A stretch of DNA of 64,000 bases from Octopus vulgaris. Lineage: Eukaryota. The stretch covers positions 29,388,001 to 29,452,000 of the forward strand of contig OX597836.1 in the NCBI GenBank assembly GCA_951406725.2. Direction: 5' to 3'. The position numbers and the translations under genes were made by a program. Shown here piece after piece: positions 60,541 to 64,000 of the stretch. Numbering within the stretch: position 1 is the stretch's first letter; every line of letters begins with the position of its first letter. The notes beneath the pieces were generated by a model. The model saw only the letters and a program-made list of their open reading frames with translations, searched no databases and was not told the DNA's origin.

Positions 60541-61874
60541 TTTTTTTTTATTTGCTACCTGGGCGAAGGATGAGGGGGGGGGGGGCAATACAAAGACAGA
60601 CATAAAGTGTCTGGGGGTTTATGTACAATGAAATGATTTTAAAAAAATAAGAAAGAGAGAAAAGTATAAATGGTATACAATAAAAGAAGGGAAGTATACA
60701 TAGTATATGACAGTGAGAGAGAGGGGAATGAAAAAGATGATAGTGATGTGCTCCTCCTTATACAGGAGGACCCCTAGGGATAATTGAGGAACCCGACCAT
60801 CCAAAATCTCCCTGAATGCCAAGGACAAGTGTCCTCGCCAATTCCTTTCCTCTGACTCACAGGTCTACACTTAGAGTGGTACCATCCACTCTTGCCATTT
60901 TTGTAACTTACACTCACCTTTCAATAAATTCACCCGAGGACAGCACCTCTGTCTCTGCCCTCACTTTCCTTTACAAGTGGAACTTGAAAAATTCGATGAG
61001 GACTCTACCAAAGAGGACTGTCTCTGTCCTCATTCCTTTCAACCTCTTTCGCCACTGCTGTCAGCCAAATGAAGACTGCCTTGCCTGCCCGATTGAAGAA
61101 GGGCAGCAGGGCAATCATCAGAATGGACTTTAGTCCCAGCTCTCTCTACGATATATCGCAGAAGGTGGAGGTTGTAGTAGATAGACCTGCTTAGAACTGA
61201 GCATGTTTGCGCTTCCCCGACCAGACTACAGACAACAAGCATCGACCTTTTTGTTAACACCTTGGCCAAAATCTTAAACTGTATTTAGCAGATTTATGGG
61301 CTGAATATTCCGTAGCATGTCCTCAAATTCAGCATCCTTTCTCAGCAGCGTTACCACACCAAAGCTAACAGCACTGGGAATTCTCCAATTCTGCTGCCAG
61401 TTACGGTAGACCTTTGTCAAGAGGTTGCCAAACAAATCTGGCATGATTGCACAGAATTCATTGGGCAAACCATCCGAATAAGGTGATTTGCGACTTGTGT
61501 AGTAGCTCATTGCCTCCCGCATTTCTGTAGCCATTATCAGTTTTTCACAGTATCTTATGTCTGTTGCAGAGAGCCATGGTAGGCCGTCCAGGTACGAAGT
61601 AAAGTCCACTACCATCTTCAACCTATCACCCTGCCCAAGCAGGCACGTGAAGTGCTGTTGGAAAGTCGCACACATTTGCTCAGAACTGACTAGCATGTAC
61701 CCGTCCTGATCTGCCAAAGACCTGATCATAGTTTTGTTGTCACATTGCGTCTCTACTGTTTGGGTCCATTGACTTTAGTTCCTTCGTGCAGCGCATGAGC
61801 CTTAACTCACACAACGTATCCTTTGTGTTTCACCCCAAAGAAATGGCCAAGGGACATTCTCGCTGCTAGCAACT
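60541..61874 (-). mobile_element. L1/Tx1-clade LINE, decayed RT N-terminus joined to ORF2 C-terminus and A-tail
   Basis: KSPYSDGLPNEF...QPINLLNTV*KILAKVLTKR matches the KSPG.DG..EFY / RPISLLN.DYKILAK motifs. Confidence 0.82.
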
Positions 61875-62179
61875 AGACCTTTGATTCTAGACCTTGCTTC
61901 CACGTCTAAAAACCTGGGTATATATTGTGTCAGGTGTAGAGGCTACTGGTTAGCAAGGATACAGAGGAACAGTGTATGAAGGAAGAAATGTGAGGAAGTG
62001 AAGAGATGTAGAGATGTAGATTGATTTGTTGAGGTAGGGTGTGTAAAAAGGTTTCTTGATACATGTGGGTAGAACACACAGGTCGGGGACGAGCAGATAT
62101 CAATGGTGCAGTGAGACAGGGAGTATGGGTGAAACACAGGTTTCTCAAAAATCATGGTGACTCCTTTTTCTTTCTCTGA

Positions 62180-62990
62180 CTAGCATGATTGTACTGAGAG
62201 TAGGATGTGTGAATGTGTATGACCTGAGATCAGCTTGAAAGCAAGGTCACTTGCTCAATGATCTCAGATTGCTTGATTTAGATGTGTCTGCCATTAGTGA
62301 AACAAGAATTTCTACAAAGCATGCTCTAGCAACTATATTCTCACCTTGCGACCTATTAGGAGCAGGTGGCAGTGCAGCAATGCTATTCCCGAAAATCCTT
62401 AGATCTCCAAGTACAGGCAATCTTCTTGGACCCGGACGGTAAGGTGGCGATCCTAGACGTGAATGGCAGTGGAAATGGCGCCTTTAGACTAGTAGCTGTT
62501 TATGTCCCCGACAGGGACTAGAAGGCCAGATTTCTTCAAGCATCTAGAAACATTCTTGGGAACGTCTTGCACTCTAGTACTAGTGGAGGACTGGAATTGT
62601 ATTTTGGTTGCACAGAAGGACTGTGTGTTTCTAATACATAGCAGAAGGGGGTGTAAACCTGCTCAGAAATTTCCAACTGTCTAACAGGTACCGACTAGAT
62701 TTCCTTGATGTGCCAATGTGGTCATGGTGCAACCACAACGGATCATACAGATCGTATCTAGATAGAGTATTTGCTTGGTCAGAGGATAGGAGTAGCATAG
62801 GTTTTCCACAATTTAAATTAGTCGGCTACACATAGCACAAATTTGTGATATGCACAGTCATTTTAGATAGGACTCATAGACAGGAACGCGACGTTACTGG
62901 CATGCAAAGACTACAGAGGCTGGATTAGTGAATTAGTTAAGCGGCAGTTAACAGGGAAATATCAACAACTGGTGGTGGATCATCCTCAGG
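62180..62990 (+). mobile_element. L1/Tx1-clade apurinic-like endonuclease relic, inverted relative to the RT part
   Basis: VGCVNV..., AISETR, RLVAVYVP, LVEDWN, SYLDRVF motifs with stops and frameshifts. Confidence 0.78.
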
Positions 62991-64000
62991 AGAGAATTAT
63001 GCATTCTTTCTGTTTCTTTCATCTTTCTCAGCATAGAGACCTTTGATTCTAGACGTAGTTGATATATTTAACTATCTACTTATTTCTGCCTGTGTTCACA
63101 AACTGCTGATTCCCACCCTGTTCATTTCCCTCTTAGCTATTAGTCTATCTAATCTTCCACCCTTTATTATGCATTCTTTCTGTTTCTTTCATCTTTCTCA
63201 GCATAGCCATAGCTTTCCCCTTCTAACACGACAGAAAAAGGGTACCAACAAACAAAAGTCTTAGCGTATGTGTGACATGGGCATGATTGTGTGGTAAGAA
63301 GTTGCTTTCCAACCACATGGTTCCCGGTTCTATTCTCATTGCATGACACATTGCACACATGTCCTCTAATGCAACCCAGGGCTGATCAAAGCCCCATGAG
63401 TTAATTTGGTAGATAGAAACTGAAAGAACACTCTTGTATATTTGTATATATATCCGTGTGTGTGTGTGTTCATGTCCTTGTGTTTGTGTTTGTCCCCCAT
63501 CACCTCTTGACAACCTCTTGTTTATGTTGCTATAACTTAGCAGTTCAGCAAAGGAGTCTGACGGAATAAGTACCATTATGTGGCTGTATGGTAAGAAGCT
63601 TGCTTCCCAACAATATGGTTCCAGTTTCAGTCCCACTGCATGGCACCTTGGGCAAGTGTCTTCTACTATAGCCCCGGGCTGACCAAAGCCTTGTGAGTGG
63701 ATTTGGTAGATAGAAAGAAGCCTATTATATGTGTAACTCTTGTTTATCCAACTTAGCACAATCTAATCCTCATTTTATAGTGTTCATAATAATAATAATT
63801 ATCTTTATTATTGTACATTTATTTATCCATTTAGCTACAAAGTTCATCTATTCCATGCCGTATGTTATAGTAAAGTTAAGAAATCCAGTGCTCAGTTGTC
63901 TCTCATTTTACCACTGTAATTATAATTATTGTTCAGTTACTTAATTATCTAACCACAGGCAGATAGATATGTATATATATCTATGTATGTTTGTCTGGAG

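Overview
AT-rich, microsatellite- and SINE-dense eukaryotic DNA. The repeat families look like Octopus (coleoid cephalopod); this is an inference. Two convergent multi-exon genes were reconstructed by hand from GT-AG boundaries and frame continuity. The first is the 3' part of AP-3 complex subunit delta (AP3D1/garnet; + strand, 18 coding exons, 551-26105, plus a candidate 18-nt microexon at 10299-10316). The second is a complete kynurenine/alpha-aminoadipate aminotransferase (AADAT/KAT II; - strand, 11 coding exons, 56064-34586, 426 aa). Introns hold tRNA-type SINEs, RTE and L1/Tx1 LINE fragments, TTAA, hAT and mariner MITEs, a maT-like transposase relic and a Gypsy LTR-PBS-gag stub. The most striking signal is a set of sequence-diverse type I hammerhead-ribozyme motifs in Penelope-like inserts within AADAT introns, mostly on the AADAT sense strand. 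One has a 92-nt stem II insert, and several coincide with fold-back inversions. There is also a 200-bp-arm intronic hairpin. Nearly all ORF-track entries are repeat artefacts.
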